64,000 nucleotides of DNA from Eledone cirrhosa (Eukaryota), in contig OZ024741.1 in NCBI GenBank assembly GCA_964016885.1, positions 190,774,001-190,838,000 on the forward strand, read 5' to 3'. Positions 21,901 through 36,900 of this stretch are shown here, one piece after another. The position numbers and the translations under genes were made by a program. Position 1 is the stretch's first letter. Every line of letters begins with the position of its first letter. The notes beneath the pieces are model-generated. The model made no database searches. It saw only the letters and a program-made list of their open reading frames with translations, and was not told where the DNA came from.

Positions 21901-24900
21901 GTTTGTCTGTATGATAAAGTGTCATATATGTTACCTGGTGGTTTGTCTGGATGGTAAAGTGTCATATATGTTACGTGGTGGTTTGTCTGGATGGTAAAGT
22001 GTCATATATGGTACCTGGTGGTTTGTCTGGATGGTAAAGTGTCATATATGTTACCTGGTGGTTTGTCTGGATGGTAAAGTGTCATATATGTTACCTGGTG
22101 GTTTGTCTGGATGGTAAAGTTACCTGGTGGTTTGTCTGGATGGTAAAGTGTCATATATGTTACCTGGTAGTTTGTCTGGATGGTAAAGTGTCATATATGT
22201 TACCTGGTAGTTTGTCTGGATGGTAAAGTGTCATATATGTTACCTGGTAGTTTGACTGGATGGTAAAGTGTTATATATGTTACCTGGTGGTTTGTCTGGA
22301 TGGTAAAGTGTCATATAAGTTACCTGGTGGTTTGTCTGGATGGTAAAGTGTTATATATTTTACCTGGTGGTTTGTCTGGATGGTAAAGTGTTATATATGT
22401 TACCTGGTGGTTTGTCTGGATGGTAAAGTGTCATATATGTTACCTGGTGGTTTGTCTGGATGGTAAAGTTACCTGGTAGTTTGTCTGGAAGGTAAAGTGT
22501 CATATATGTTACCTGGTAGTTTGTCTGGATGGTAAAGTGTTATATATGTTACCTAGTGGTTTGTCTGGATGGAAAAGTGTCATATATGTTACCTGGTAGT
22601 TTGTCTGGATGGTAAAGTGTCATATATGTTACCTGGTGGTTTGTCTGGATGGTAAAGTGTCATATATGTTACCTGGTGGTTTGTCTGGATGGTAAAGTGT
22701 CATATATGTTACCTGGTAGTTTGTCTGGATGGTAAAGTGTTACATATGTTACCTCGTAGTTTGTCTGGATGGTAAAGTGTCATATATGTTACCTGGTGGT
22801 TTGTCTGGATGGTAAAGTTACCTGGTAGTTTGTGTGGATGGTAAAGTGTCATATAAGTTACCTGGTGGTTTGTCTGGATGGTAAAGTGTTATATATGTTA
22901 CCTAGTGGTTTGTCTGGATGGAAAAGTGTCATATATGTTACCTGGTAGTTTGTCTGGATGGTAAAGTGTCATATATGTTATCTGGTGGTTTGTCTGGATG
23001 GTAAAGTGTCATATATGTTACCTGGTAGTTTGACTGGATGGTAAAGTGTTATATATGTTACCTGGTGGTTTGTCTGGATGGTAAAGTGTCATATAAGTTA
23101 CCTGGTGGTTTGTCTGGATGGTAAAGTGTTATATATGTTACCTGGTGGTTTGTCTGGATGGTAAAGTGTTATATATGTTACCTGGTGGTTTGTCTGGATG
23201 GTAAAGTGTCATATATGTTACCTGGTGGTTTGTCTGGATGGTAAAGTTACCTGGTAGTTTGTCTGGAAGGTAAAGTGTCATATATGTTACCTGGTAGTTT
23301 GTCTGGATGGTAAAGTGTTATATATGTTACCTAGTGGTTTGTCTGGATGGAAAAGTGTCATATATGTTACCTGGTAGTTTGTCTGGATGGTAAAGTGTCA
23401 TATATGTTACCTGGTGGTTTGTCTGGATGGTAAAGTGTCATATATGTTACCTGGTGGTTTGTCTGGATGGTAAAGTGTCATATATGTTACCTGGTAGTTT
23501 GTCTGGATGGTAAAGTGTTACATATGTTACCTCGTAGTTTGTCTGGATGGTAAAGTGTCATATATGTTACCTGGTGGTTTGTCTGGATGGTAAAGTTACC
23601 TGGTAGTTTGTCTGGATGGTAAAGTGTCATATATGTTACCTGGTAGTTTGCCTGGATGGTAAAGTGTTATATGTTACCTGGTGGTTTGTCTGGATGGTAA
23701 AGTGTCATATAAGTTACCTGGTGGTTTGTCTGGATGGTAAAGTGTTATATATGTTACCTGGTGGTTTGTCTGGATGGTAAAGTGTTATATATGTTACCTG
23801 GTGGTTTGTCTGGATGGTAAAGTGTCATATATGTTACCTGGTGGTTTGTCTGGATGGTAAAGTTACCTGGTAGTTTGTCTGGATTGTAAAGTGTTATATA
23901 TGTTACCTAGTGGTTTGTCTGGATGGAAAAGTGTCATATATGTTACCTGGTAGTTTGTCTGGATGGTAAAGTGTCATATATGTTACCTGGTGGTTTGTCT
24001 GGATGGTAAAGTGTCATATATGTTACCTGGTGGTTTGTCTGGATGGTAAAGTGTCATATAAGTTACCTGGTGGTTTATCTGGATGGTAAAGTGTCATATA
24101 TGTTACCTGGTGGTTTGCCTGGATGGTAAAGTGTCATATAAGTTACCTGGTGGTTTGTCTGGATGGTAAAGTGTCATATATGTTACCTGGTGGTTTGTCT
24201 GGATGGTAAAGTGTCATATATGTTACCTGGTAGTTTGTCTGGATGGTAAAGTGTTATATATGTTACCTAGTGGTTTGTCTGGATGGAAAAGTGTCATATA
24301 TGTTACCTGGTAGTTTGTCTGGATGGTAAAGTGTCATATATGTTACCTGGTGGTTTGTCTGGATGGTAAAGTGTCATATATGTTACCTGGTGGTTTGTCT
24401 GGATGGTAAAGTGTCATATATGTTACCTGGTAGTTTGTCTGGATGGTAAAGTGTTACATATGTTACCTCGTAGTTTGTCTGGATGGTAAAGTGTCATATA
24501 TGTTACCTGGTGGTTTGTCTGGATGGTAAAGTTACTTGGTAGTTTGTGTGGATGGTAAAGTGTCATATAAGTTACCTGGTGGTTTGTCTGGAAGGTAAAG
24601 TGTCATATATGTTACCTGGTGGGCTGTCTGGATGGTAAAGTGTCATATATGTTACCTGGTGGTTTGTCTGGATGGTAAAGTGTCATATATGTTACCTGGT
24701 AGTTTGTCTGGATGGTAAAGTGTCATATATGTTACCTGGTAGTTTGACTGGATGGTAAAGTGTTATATATGTTACCTGGTGGTTTGTCTGGATGGTAAAG
24801 TGTCATATAAGTTACCTGGTGGTTTGTCTGGATGGTAAAGTGTTATATATGTTACCTGGTGGTTTGTCTGGATGGTAAAGTGTTATATATGTTACCTGGT

Positions 24901-27900
24901 GGTTTGTCTGGATGGTAAAGTGTCATATATGTTACCTGGTGGTTTGTCTGGATGGTAAAGTTACCTGGTAGTTTGTCTGGAAGGTAAAGTGTCATATATG
25001 TTACCTGGTAGTTTGTCTGGATGGTAAAGTGTTATATATGTTACCTAGTGGTTTGTCTGGATGGAAAAGTGTCATATATGTTACCTGGTAGTTTGTCTGG
25101 ATGGTAAAGTGTCATATATGTTACCTGGTGGTTTGTCTGGATGGTAAAGTGTCATATATGTTACCTGGTGGTTTGTCTGGATGGTAAAGTGTCATATATG
25201 TTACCTGGTAGTTTGTCTGGATGGTAAAGTGTTACATATGTTACCTCGTAGTTTGTCTGGATGGTAAAGTGTCATATATGTTACCTGGTGGTTTGTCTGG
25301 ATGGTAAAGTTACCTGGTAGTTTGTCTGGATGGTAAAGTGTCATATATGTTACCTGGTAGTTTGCCTGGATGGTAAAGTGTTATATATGTTACCTGGTGG
25401 TTTGTCTGGATGGTAAAGTGTCATATAAGTTACCTGGTGGTTTGTCTGGATGGTAAAGTGTTATATATGTTACCTGGTGGTTTGTCTGGATGGTAAAGTG
25501 TTATATTTGTTACCTGGTGGTTTGTCTGGATGGTAAAGTGTCATATAAGTTACCTGGTGGTTTGTCTGGATGGTAAAGTTACCTGGTAGTTTGTCTGGAT
25601 GGTAAAGTGTCATATATGTTACCTAGTGGTTTGTCTGGATGGAAAAGTGTCATATATGTTACCTGGTAGTTTGTCTGGATGGTAAAGTGTCATATATGTT
25701 ACCTGGTGGTTTGTCTGGATGGTAAAGTGTCATATATGTTACCTGGTGGTTTGTCTGGATGGTAAAGTGTCATATATGTTACCTGGTGGTTTGTCTGGAT
25801 GGTAAAGTGTTATATAAGTTACCTGGTGGTTTATCTGGATGGTAAAGTGTCATATATGTTACCTGGTGGTTTGTCTGGATGGTAAAGTGTCATAATTTAC
25901 CTGGTGGTTTGTCTGGATGGTAAAGTGTCATATATGTTACCTGGTGGTTTGTCTGGATGGTAAAGTGTCATATATGTTACCTGGTAGTTTGTCTGGATGG
26001 TAAAGTGTCATATATGTTACCTGGTAGTTTGTCTGGATGGTAAAGTGTCATATATGTTACCTGGTAGTTTGCCTGGATGGTAAAGTGTTATATATGTTAC
26101 CTGGTGGTTTGTCTGGATAGTAAAGTGTCATATAAGTTACCTGGTGGTTTGTCTGGATGGTAAAATGTTATATATGTTACCTGGTGGTTTGTCTGGATGG
26201 TAAAGTTACCTGGTAGTTTGTCTGGATGGTAAAGTGTTATATATGTTACCTAGTGGTTTGTCTGGATGGAAAAGTGTCATATATGTTACCTGGTTGTTTG
26301 TCTGGATGGTAAAGTGTCATATATGTTACCTGGTGGTTTGTCTGGATGGTAAAGTGTCATATATGTTACCTGGTGGTTTGTCTGGATGGTAAAGTGTCAT
26401 ATATGTTACCTGGTAGTTTGTCTGGATGGTAAAGTGTTACATATGTTACCTCGTAGTTTGTCTGGATGGTAAAGTGTCATATATGTTACCTGGTGGTTTG
26501 TCTGGATGGTAAAGTTACCTGGTAGTTTGTCTGGATGGTAAAGTGTCATATATGTTACCTGGTGGTTTGTCTGGAAGGTAAAGTGTCATATATGTTACCT
26601 GGTGGTTTGTCTGGATGGTAAAGTGTTATATATGTTACCTCGTAGTTTGTCTGGATGGTAAAGTGTCATATAAGTTACCTGGTGGTTTGTCTGGATGGTA
26701 AAGTGTCATATATGTTACCTGGTAGTTTGTCTGGATGGTAAAGTGTCATATATGTTACCTGGTGGTTTGTCTGGATGGTAAAGTGTCATATAAGTTACCT
26801 GGTGGTTTGTCTGGATGGTAAAGTGTCATACATGTTACCTGGTGGTTTGTCTGGATGGTAAAGTTACCTGGTGGTTTGTCTGGATGGTAAAGTGTCCTAT
26901 ATGTTACCTGGTGGTTTGTCTGGATGGTAAGGTGTCATATATGTTACCTAGTGGTTTGTCTGGATGGTAAAGTGTCATATATGTTACCTGGTGGGTTGTC
27001 TGGATTGTAAAGTGTCATACATGTTACCTGGTGGTTTGTCTGTATGGTAAAGTGTCATATATGTTACCTGGTGGTTTGTCTGGATGGTAAAGTGTCATAT
27101 ATGTTACGTGGTGGTTTGTCTGGATGGTAAAGTATCATATATGGTACCTGGTGGTTTGTCTGGATGGTAAAGTGTCATATATGTTACCTGGTGGTTTGTC
27201 TGGATGGTAAAGTGTCATATATGTTACCTGGTGGTTTGTGTGGATGGTAAAGTTACCTGGTGGTTTGTCTGGATGGTAAAGTGTCATATATGTTACCTGG
27301 TAGTTTGTCTGGATGGTAAAGTGTCATATATGTTACCTGGTAGTTTGTCTGGATGGTAAAGTGTCATATATGTTACCTGGTAATTTGACTGAATGGTAAA
27401 GTGTTATATATGTTACCTGGTGGTTTGTCTGGATGGTAAAGTGTCATATAAGTTACCTGGTGGTTTGTCTGGATGGTAAAGTGTTATATATGTTACCTGG
27501 TGGTTTGTCTGGATGGTAAAGTGTTATATATGTTACCTGGTGGTTTGTCTGGATGGTAAAGTGTCATATATGTTACCTGGTGGTTTGTCTGGATGGTAAA
27601 GTTACCTGGTAGTTTGTCTGGAAGGTAAAGTGTCATATATGTTACCTGGTAGTTTGTCTGGATGGTAAAGTGTTATATATGTTACCTAGTGGTTTGTCTG
27701 GATGGAAAAGTGTCATATATGTTACCTGGTAGTTTGTCTGGATGGTAAAGTGTCATATATGTTACCTGGTGGTTTGTCTGGATGGTAAAGTGTCATATAT
27801 GTTACCTGGTAGTTTGTCTGGATGGTAAAGTGTTACATATGTTACCTCGTAGTTTGTCTGGATGGTAAAGTGTCATATATGTTACCTGGTGGCTTGTCTG

Positions 27901-30900
27901 GATGGTAATGTGTCATATATGTTACCTGGTAGTTTGCCTGGATGGTAAAGTGTTATATATGTTACCTGGTGGTTTGTCTGGATGGTAAAGTGTCATATAA
28001 GTTACCTGGTGGTTTGTCTGGATGGTAAAGTGTTATATATGTTACCTGGTGGTTTGTCTGGATGGTAAAGTGTTATATATGTTACCTGGTGGTTTGTCTG
28101 GATGGTAAAGTGTCATATATGTTACCTGGTGGTTTGTCTGGATGATAAAGTTACCTGGTAGTTTGTCTGGATGGTAAAGTGTTATATATGTTACCTAGTG
28201 GTTTGTCTGGATGGAAAGGTGTCATATATGTTACCTGGTAGTTTGTCTGGATGGTAAAGTGTCATATATGTTACCTGGTGGTTTGTCTGGATGGTAAAGT
28301 GTCATATATGTTACCTGGTGGTTTGTCTGGATGGTAAAGTGTCATATATGTTACCTGGTAGTTTGTCTGGATGGTAAAGTGTTACATATGTTTCCTCGTA
28401 GTTTGTGTGGATGGTAAAGTGTCATATATGTTACCTGGTGGTTTGTCTGGATGGTAAAGTTACCTGGTAGTTTGTCTGGATGGTAAAGTGTCATATATGT
28501 TACCTGGTGGTTTGTCTGGAAGGTAAAGTGTCATATATGTTACCTGGTGGTTTGTCTGGATGGTAAAGTGTTATATATGTTACCTCGTAGTTTGTCTGGA
28601 TGGTAAAGTGTCATATAAGTTACCTGGTGGTTTGTCTGGATGGTAAAGTGTCATATATGTTACCTGGTGGTTTGTCTGGATGGTAAAGTGTCATATATGT
28701 TACCTGGTGGTTTGTCTGGATGGTAAAGTGTCATATATGTTACCTGGTGGTTTGTCTGGATGGTAAAGTGTTATATATGTTACCTGGTAGTTTGTCTGGA
28801 TGGTAAAGTGTCATATAAGTTACCTGGTGGTTTGTCTGGATGGTAAAGTGTTATATATGTTACCTGGTAGTTTGTCTGGATGGTAAAGTGTCATATATGT
28901 TACCTGGTGGTTTGTCTGGATGGTAAAGTGTCATACATGTTACCTGGTGGTTTGTCTGGATGGTAAAGTTACCTGGTGGTTTGTCTGGATGGTAAAGTTA
29001 CCTGGTGGTTTGTCTGGATGGTAAAGTGTCCTATATGTTACCTGGTGGTTTGTCTGGATGGTAAGGTGTCATATATGTTACCTAGTGGTTTGTCTGGATG
29101 GTAAAGTGTCATATATGTTACCTGGTGGTTTGTCTGGATGGTAAAGTGTCATACATGTTACCTGGTGGTTTGTCTGTATGGTAAAGTGTCATATATGTTA
29201 CCTGGTGGTTTGTCTGGATGGTAAAGTGTCATATATGTTACGTGGTGGTTTGTCTGGATGGTAAAGTGTCATATATGGTACCTGGTGGTTTGTCTGGATG
29301 GTAAAGTGTCCTATATGTTACCTGGTGGTTTGTCTGGATGGTAAGGTGTCATATATGTTACCTAGTGGTTTGTCTGGATGGTAAAGTGTCATATATGTTA
29401 CCTGGTGGTTTGTCTGGATTGTAAAGTGTCATACATGTTACCTGGTGGTTTGTCTGTATGGTAAAGTGTCATATATGTTACCTGGTGGTTTGTCTGGATG
29501 GTAAAGTGTCATATATGTTACGTGGTGGTTTGTCTGGATGGTAAAGTATCATATATGGTACCTGGTGGTTTGTCTGGATGGTAAAGTGTCATATATGTTA
29601 CCTGGTGGTTTGTCTGGATGGTAAAGTGTCATATATGTTACCTGGTGGTTTGTGTGGATGGTAAAGTTACCTGGTGGTTTGTCTGGATGGTAAAGTGTCA
29701 TATATGTTACCTGGTAGTTTGTCTGGATGGTAAAGTGTCATATATGTTACCTGGTAGTTTGTCTGGATGGTAAAGTGTCATATATGTTACCTGGTAATTT
29801 GACTGAATGGTAAAGTGTTATATATGTTACCTGGTGGTTTGTCTGGATGGTAAAGTGTCATATAAGTTACCTGGTGGTTTGTCTGGATGGTAAAGTGTTA
29901 TATATGTTACCTGGTGGTTTGTCTGGATGGTAAAGTGTTATATATGTTACCTGGTGGTTTGTCTGGATGGTAAAGTGTCATATATGTTACCTGGTGGTTT
30001 GTCTGGATGGTAAAGTTACCTGGTAGTTTGTCTGGAAGGTAAAGTGTCATATATGTTACCTGGTAGTTTGTCTGGATGGTAAAGTGTTATATATGTTACC
30101 TAGTGGTTTGTCTGGATGGAAAAGTGTCATATATGTTACCTGGTAGTTTGTCTGGATGGTAAAGTGTCATATATGTTACCTGGTGGTTTGTCTGGATGGT
30201 AAAGTGTCATATATGTTACCTGGTAGTTTGTCTGGATGGTAAAGTGTTACATATGTTACCTCGTAGTTTGTCTGGATGGTAAAGTGTCATATATGTTACC
30301 TGGTGGCTTGTCTGGATGGTAATGTGTCATATATGTTACCTGGTAGTTTGCCTGGATGGTAAAGTGTTATATATGTTACCTGGTGGTTTGTCTGGATGGT
30401 AAAGTCTCATATAAGTTACCTGGTGGTTTGTCTGGATGGTAAAGTGTTATATATGTTACCTGGTGGTTTGTCTGGATGGTAAAGTGTTATATATGTTACC
30501 TGGTGGTTTGTCTGGATGGTAAAGTGTCATATATGTTACCTGGTGGTTTGTCTGGATGATAAAGTTACCTGGTAGTTTGTCTGGATGGTAAAGTGTTATA
30601 TATGTTACCTAGTGGTTTGTCTGGATGGAAAAGTGTCATATATGTTACCTGGTAGTTTGTCTGGATGGTAAAGTGTCATATATGTTACCTGGTGGTTTGT
30701 CTGGATGGTAAAGTGTCATATATGTTACCTGGTGGTTTGTCTGGATGGTAAAGTGTCATATATGTTACCTGGTAGTTTGTCTGGATGGTAAAGTGTTACA
30801 TATGTTACCTCGTAGTTTGTGTGGATGGTAAAGTGTCATATATGTTACCTGGTGGTTTGTCTGGATGGTAAAGTTACCTGGTAGTTTGTCTGGATGGTAA

Positions 30901-33900
30901 AGTGTCATATATGTTACCTGGTGGTTTGTCTGGAAGGTAAAGTGTCATATATGTTACCTGGTGGTTTGTCTGGATGGTAAAGTGTTATATATGTTACCTC
31001 GTAGTTTGTCTGGATGGTAAAGTGTCATATAAGTTACCTGGTGGTTTGTCTGGATGGTAAAGTGTCATATATGTTACCTGGTGGTTTGTCTGGATGGTAA
31101 AGTGTCATATATGTTACCTGGTGGTTTGTCTGGATGGTAAAGTGTCATATATGTTACCTGGTGGTTTGTCTGGATGGTAAAGTGTTATATATGTTACCTG
31201 GTAGTTTGTCTGGATGGTAAAGTGTCATATAAGTTACCTGGTGGTTTGTCTGGATGGTAAAGTGTTATATATGTTACCTGGTAGTTTGTCTGGATGGTAA
31301 AGTGTCATATATGTTACCTGGTGGTTTGTCTGGATGGTAAAGTGTCATACATGTTACCTGGTGGTTTGTCTGGATGGTAAAGTTACCTGGTGGTTTGTCT
31401 GGATGGTAAAGTGTCCTATATGTTACCTGGTGGTTTGTCTGGATGGTAAGGTGTCATATATGTTACCTAGTGGTTTGTCTGGATGGTAAAGTGTCATATA
31501 TGTTACCTGGTGGTTTGTCTGGATGGTAAAGTGTCATACATGTTACCTGGTGGTTTGTCTGTATGGTAAAGTGTCATATATGTTACCTGGTGGTTTGTCT
31601 GGATGGTAAAGTGTCATATATGTTACGTGGTGGTTTGTCTGGATGGTAAAGTGTCATATATGGTACCTGGTGGTTTGTCTGGATGGTAAAGTGTCATATA
31701 TGTTACCTGGTGGTTTGTCTGGATGGTAAAGTGTCATATATGTTACCTGGTGGTTTGTGTGGATGGTAAAGTTACCTGGTGGTTTGTCTGGATGGTAAAG
31801 TGTCATATATGTTACCTGGTAGTTTGTCTGGATGGTAAAGTGTCATATATGTTACCTGGTAGTTTGTCTGGATGGTAAAGTGTCATATATGTTACCTGGT
31901 AGTTTGACTGGATGGTAAAGTGTTATATATGTTACCTGGTGGTTTGTCTGGATGGTAAAGTGTCATATAAGTTACCTGGTGGTTCGTCTGGATGGTAAAG
32001 TGTTATATATTTTACCTGGTGGTTTGTCTGGATGGTAAAGTGTTATATATGTTACCTGGTGGTTTGTCTGGATGGTAAAGTGTCATATATGTTACCTGGT
32101 GGTTTGTCTGGATGGTAAAGTTACCTGGTAGTTTGTCTGGAAGGTAAAGTGTCATATATGTTACCTGGTAGTTTGTCTGGATGGTAAAGTGTTATATATG
32201 TTACCTAGTGGTTTGTCTGGATGGAAAAGTGTCATATATGTTACCTGGTAGTTTGTCTGGATGGTAAAGTGTCATATATGTTACCTGGTGGTTTGTCTGG
32301 ATGGTAAAGTGTCATATATGTTACCTGGTGGTTTGTCTTGATGGTAAAGTGTCATATATGTTACCTGGTAGTTTGTCTGGATGGTAAAGTGTTACATATG
32401 TTACCTCGTAGTTTGTCTGGATGGTAAAGTGTCATATATGTTACCTGGTGGTTTGTCTGGATGGTAAAGTTACCTGGTAGTTTGTGTGGATGGTAAAGTG
32501 TCATATAAGTTACCTGGTGGTTTGTCTGGAAGGTAAAGTGTCATATATGTTACCTGGTGGGCTGTCTGGATGGTAAAGTGTCATATATGTTACCTGGTGG
32601 TTTGTCTGGATGGTAAAGTGTCATATATGTTACCTGGTGGTTTGTCTGGATGGTAAAGTGTCATATATGTTACCTGGTGGTTTGTCTGGATGGTAAAGTG
32701 TCATATATGTTACCTGGTGGTTTGTCTGGATGGTAAAGTGTTATATATGTTACCTGGTAGTTTGTCTGGATGGTAAAGTGTCATATATGTTACCTGGTGG
32801 TTTGTCTGGATGGTAAAGTGTCATATAAGTTACCTGTTGGTTTGTCTGGATGGTAAAGTGTTATATATGTTACCTGGTAGTTTGTCTGGATGGTAAAGTG
32901 TCATATATGTTACCTGGTGGTTTGTCTGCATGGTAAAGTGTCATACATGTTACCTGGTGGTTTGTCTGGATGGTAAAGTTACCTGGTGGTTTGTCTGGAT
33001 GGTAAAGTGTCCTATATGTTACCTGGTGGTTTGTCTGGATGGTAAAGTGTCATATATGTTACCTGGTAGTTTGTCTGGATGGTAAAGTGTCATATATGTT
33101 ACCTGGTGGTTTGTCTGGATGGTAAAGTGTCATATATGTTACCTGGTGGTTTGTCTGGATGGTAAAGTGTCATATATGTTACCTGGTGGTTTGTCTGGAT
33201 GGTAAAGTGTTATATAAGTTACCTGGTGGTTTATCTGGATGGTAAAGTGTCATATATGTTACCTGGTGGTTTGTCTGGATGGTAAAGTGTCATAATTTAC
33301 CTGGTGGTTTGTCTGGATGGTAAAGTGTCATATATGTTACCTGGTGGTTTGTCTGGATGGTAAAGTGTCATATATGTTACCTGGTAGTTTGTCTGGATGG
33401 TAAAGTGTCATATATGTTACCTGGTAGTTTGTCTGGATGGTAAAGTGTCATATATGTTACCTGGTAGTTTGCCTGGATGGTAAAGTGTTATATATGTTAC
33501 CTGGTGGTTTGTCTGGATAGTAAAGTGTCATATAAGTTACCTGGTGGTTTGTCTGGATGGTAAAATGTTATATATGTTACCTGGTGGTTTGTCTGGATGG
33601 TAAAGTTACCTGGTAGTTTGTCTGGATGGTAAAGTGTTATATATGTTACCTAGTGGTTTGTCTGGATGGAAAAGTGTCATATATGTTACCTGGTTGTTTG
33701 TCTGGATGGTAAAGTGTCATATATGTTACCTGGTGGTTTGTCTGGATGGTAAAGTGTCATATATGTTACCTGGTGGTTTGTCTGGATGGTAAAGTGTCAT
33801 ATATGTTACCTGGTAGTTTGTCTGGATGGTAAAGTGTTACATATGTTACCTCGTAGTTTGTCTGGATGGTAAAGTGTCATATATGTTACCTGGTGGTTTG

Positions 33901-36900
33901 TCTGGATGGTAAAGTTACCTGGTAGTTTGTCTGGATGGTAAAGTGTCATATATGTTACCTGGTGGTTTGTCTGGAAGGTAAAGTGTCATATATGTTACCT
34001 GGTGGTTTGTCTGGATGGTAAAGTGTTATATATGTTACCTCGTAGTTTGTCTGGATGGTAAAGTGTCATATAAGTTACCTGGTGGTTTGTCTGGATGGTA
34101 AAGTGTCATATATGTTACCTGGTAGTTTGTCTGGATGGTAAAGTGTCATATATGTTACCTGGTGGTTTGTCTGGATGGTAAAGTGTCATATAAGTTACCT
34201 GGTGGTTTGTCTGGATGGTAAAGTGTCATACATGTTACCTGGTGGTTTGTCTGGATGGTAAAGTTACCTGGTGGTTTGTCTGGATGGTAAAGTGTCCTAT
34301 ATGTTACCTGGTGGTTTGTCTGGATGGTAAGGTGTCATATATGTTACCTAGTGGTTTGTCTGGATGGTAAAGTGTCATATATGTTACCTGGTGGGTTGTC
34401 TGGATTGTAAAGTGTCATACATGTTACCTGGTGGTTTGTCTGTATGGTAAAGTGTCATATATGTTACCTGGTGGTTTGTCTGGATGGTAAAGTGTCATAT
34501 ATGTTACGTGGTGGTTTGTCTGGATGGTAAAGTATCATATATGGTACCTGGTGGTTTGTCTGGATGGTAAAGTGTCATATATGTTACCTGGTGGTTTGTC
34601 TGGATGGTAAAGTGTCATATATGTTACCTGGTGGTTTGTGTGGATGGTAAAGTTACCTGGTGGTTTGTCTGGATGGTAAAGTGTCATATATGTTACCTGG
34701 TAGTTTGTCTGGATGGTAAAGTGTCATATATGTTACCTGGTAGTTTGTCTGGATGGTAAAGTGTCATATATGTTACCTGGTAATTTGACTGAATGGTAAA
34801 GTGTTATATATGTTACCTGGTGGTTTGTCTGGATGGTAAAGTGTCATATAAGTTACCTGGTGGTTTGTCTGGATGGTAAAGTGTTATATATGTTACCTGG
34901 TGGTTTGTCTGGATGGTAAAGTGTTATATATGTTACCTGGTGGTTTGTCTGGATGGTAAAGTGTCATATATGTTACCTGGTGGTTTGTCTGGATGGTAAA
35001 GTTACCTGGTAGTTTGTCTGGAAGGTAAAGTGTCATATATGTTACCTGGTAGTTTGTCTGGATGGTAAAGTGTTATATATGTTACCTAGTGGTTTGTCTG
35101 GATGGAAAAGTGTCATATATGTTACCTGGTAGTTTGTCTGGATGGTAAAGTGTCATATATGTTACCTGGTGGTTTGTCTGGATGGTAAAGTGTCATATAT
35201 GTTACCTGGTAGTTTGTCTGGATGGTAAAGTGTTACATATGTTACCTCGTAGTTTGTCTGGATGGTAAAGTGTCATATATGTTACCTGGTGGCTTGTCTG
35301 GATGGTAATGTGTCATATATGTCACCTGGTAGTTTGCCTGGATGGTAAAGTGTTATATATGTTACCTGGTGGTTTGTCTGGATGGTAAAGTGTCATATAA
35401 GTTACCTGGTGGTTTGTCTGGATGGTAAAGTGTTATATATGTTACCTGGTGGTTTGTCTGGATGGTAAAGTGTTATATATGTTACCTGGTGGTTTGTCTG
35501 GATGGTAAAGTGTCATATATGTTACCTGGTGGTTTGTCTGGATGATAAAGTTACCTGGTAGTTTGTCTGGATGGTAAAGTGTTATATATGTTACCTAGTG
35601 GTTTGTCTGGATGGAAAAGTGTCATATATGTTACCTGGTAGTTTGTCTGGATGGTAAAGTGTCATATATGTCACCTGGTGGTTTGTCTGGATGGTAAAGT
35701 GTCATATATGTTACCTGGTGGTTTGTCTGGATGGTAAAGTGTCATATATGTTACCTGGTAGTTTGTCTGGATGGTAAAGTGTTACATATGTTTCCTCGTA
35801 GTTTGTGTGGATGGTAAAGTGTCATATATGTTACCTGGTGGTTTGTCTGGATGGTAAAGTTACCTGGTAGTTTGTCTGGATGGTAAAGTGTCATATATGT
35901 TACCTGGTGGTTTGTCTGGAAGGTAAAGTGTCATATATGTTACCTGGTGGTTTGTCTGGATGGTAAAGTGTTATATATGTTACCTCGTAGTTTGTCTGGA
36001 TGGTAAAGTGTCATATAAGTTACCTGGTGGTTTGTCTGGATGGTAAAGTGTCATATATGTTACCTGGTGGTTTGTCTGGATGGTAAAGTGTCATATATGT
36101 TACCTGGTGGTTTGTCTGGATGGTAAAGTGTCATATATGTTACCTGGTGGTTTGTCTGGATGGTAAAGTGTTATATATGTTACCTGGTAGTTTGTCTGGA
36201 TGGTAAAGTGTCATATAAGTTACCTGGTGGTTTGTCTGGATGGTAAAGTGTTATATATGTTACCTGGTAGTTTGTCTGGATGGTAAAGTGTCATATATGT
36301 TACCTGGTGGTTTGTCTGGATGGTAAAGTGTCATACATGTTACCTGGTGGTTTGTCTGGATGGTAAAGTTACCTGGTGGTTTGTCTGGATGGTAAAGTTA
36401 CCTGGTGGTTTGTCTGGATGGTAAAGTGTCCTATATGTTACCTGGTGGTTTGTCTGGATGGTAAGGTGTCATATATGTTACCTAGTGGTTTGTCTGGATG
36501 GTAAAGTGTCATATATGTTACCTGGTGGTTTGTCTGGATGGTAAAGTGTCATACATGTTACCTGGTGGTTTGTCTGTATGGTAAAGTGTCATATATGTTA
36601 CCTGGTGGTTTGTCTGGATGGTAAAGTGTCATATATGTTACGTGGTGGTTTGTCTGGATGGTAAAGTGTCATATATGGTACCTGGTGGTTTGTCTGGATG
36701 GTAAAGTGTCCTATATGTTACCTGGTGGTTTGTCTGGATGGTAAGGTGTCATATATGTTACCTAGTGGTTTGTCTGGATGGTAAAGTGTCATATATGTTA
36801 CCTGGTGGTTTGTCTGGATTGTAAAGTGTCATACATGTTACCTGGTGGTTTGTCTGTATGGTAAAGTGTCATATATGTTACCTGGTGGTTTGTCTGGATG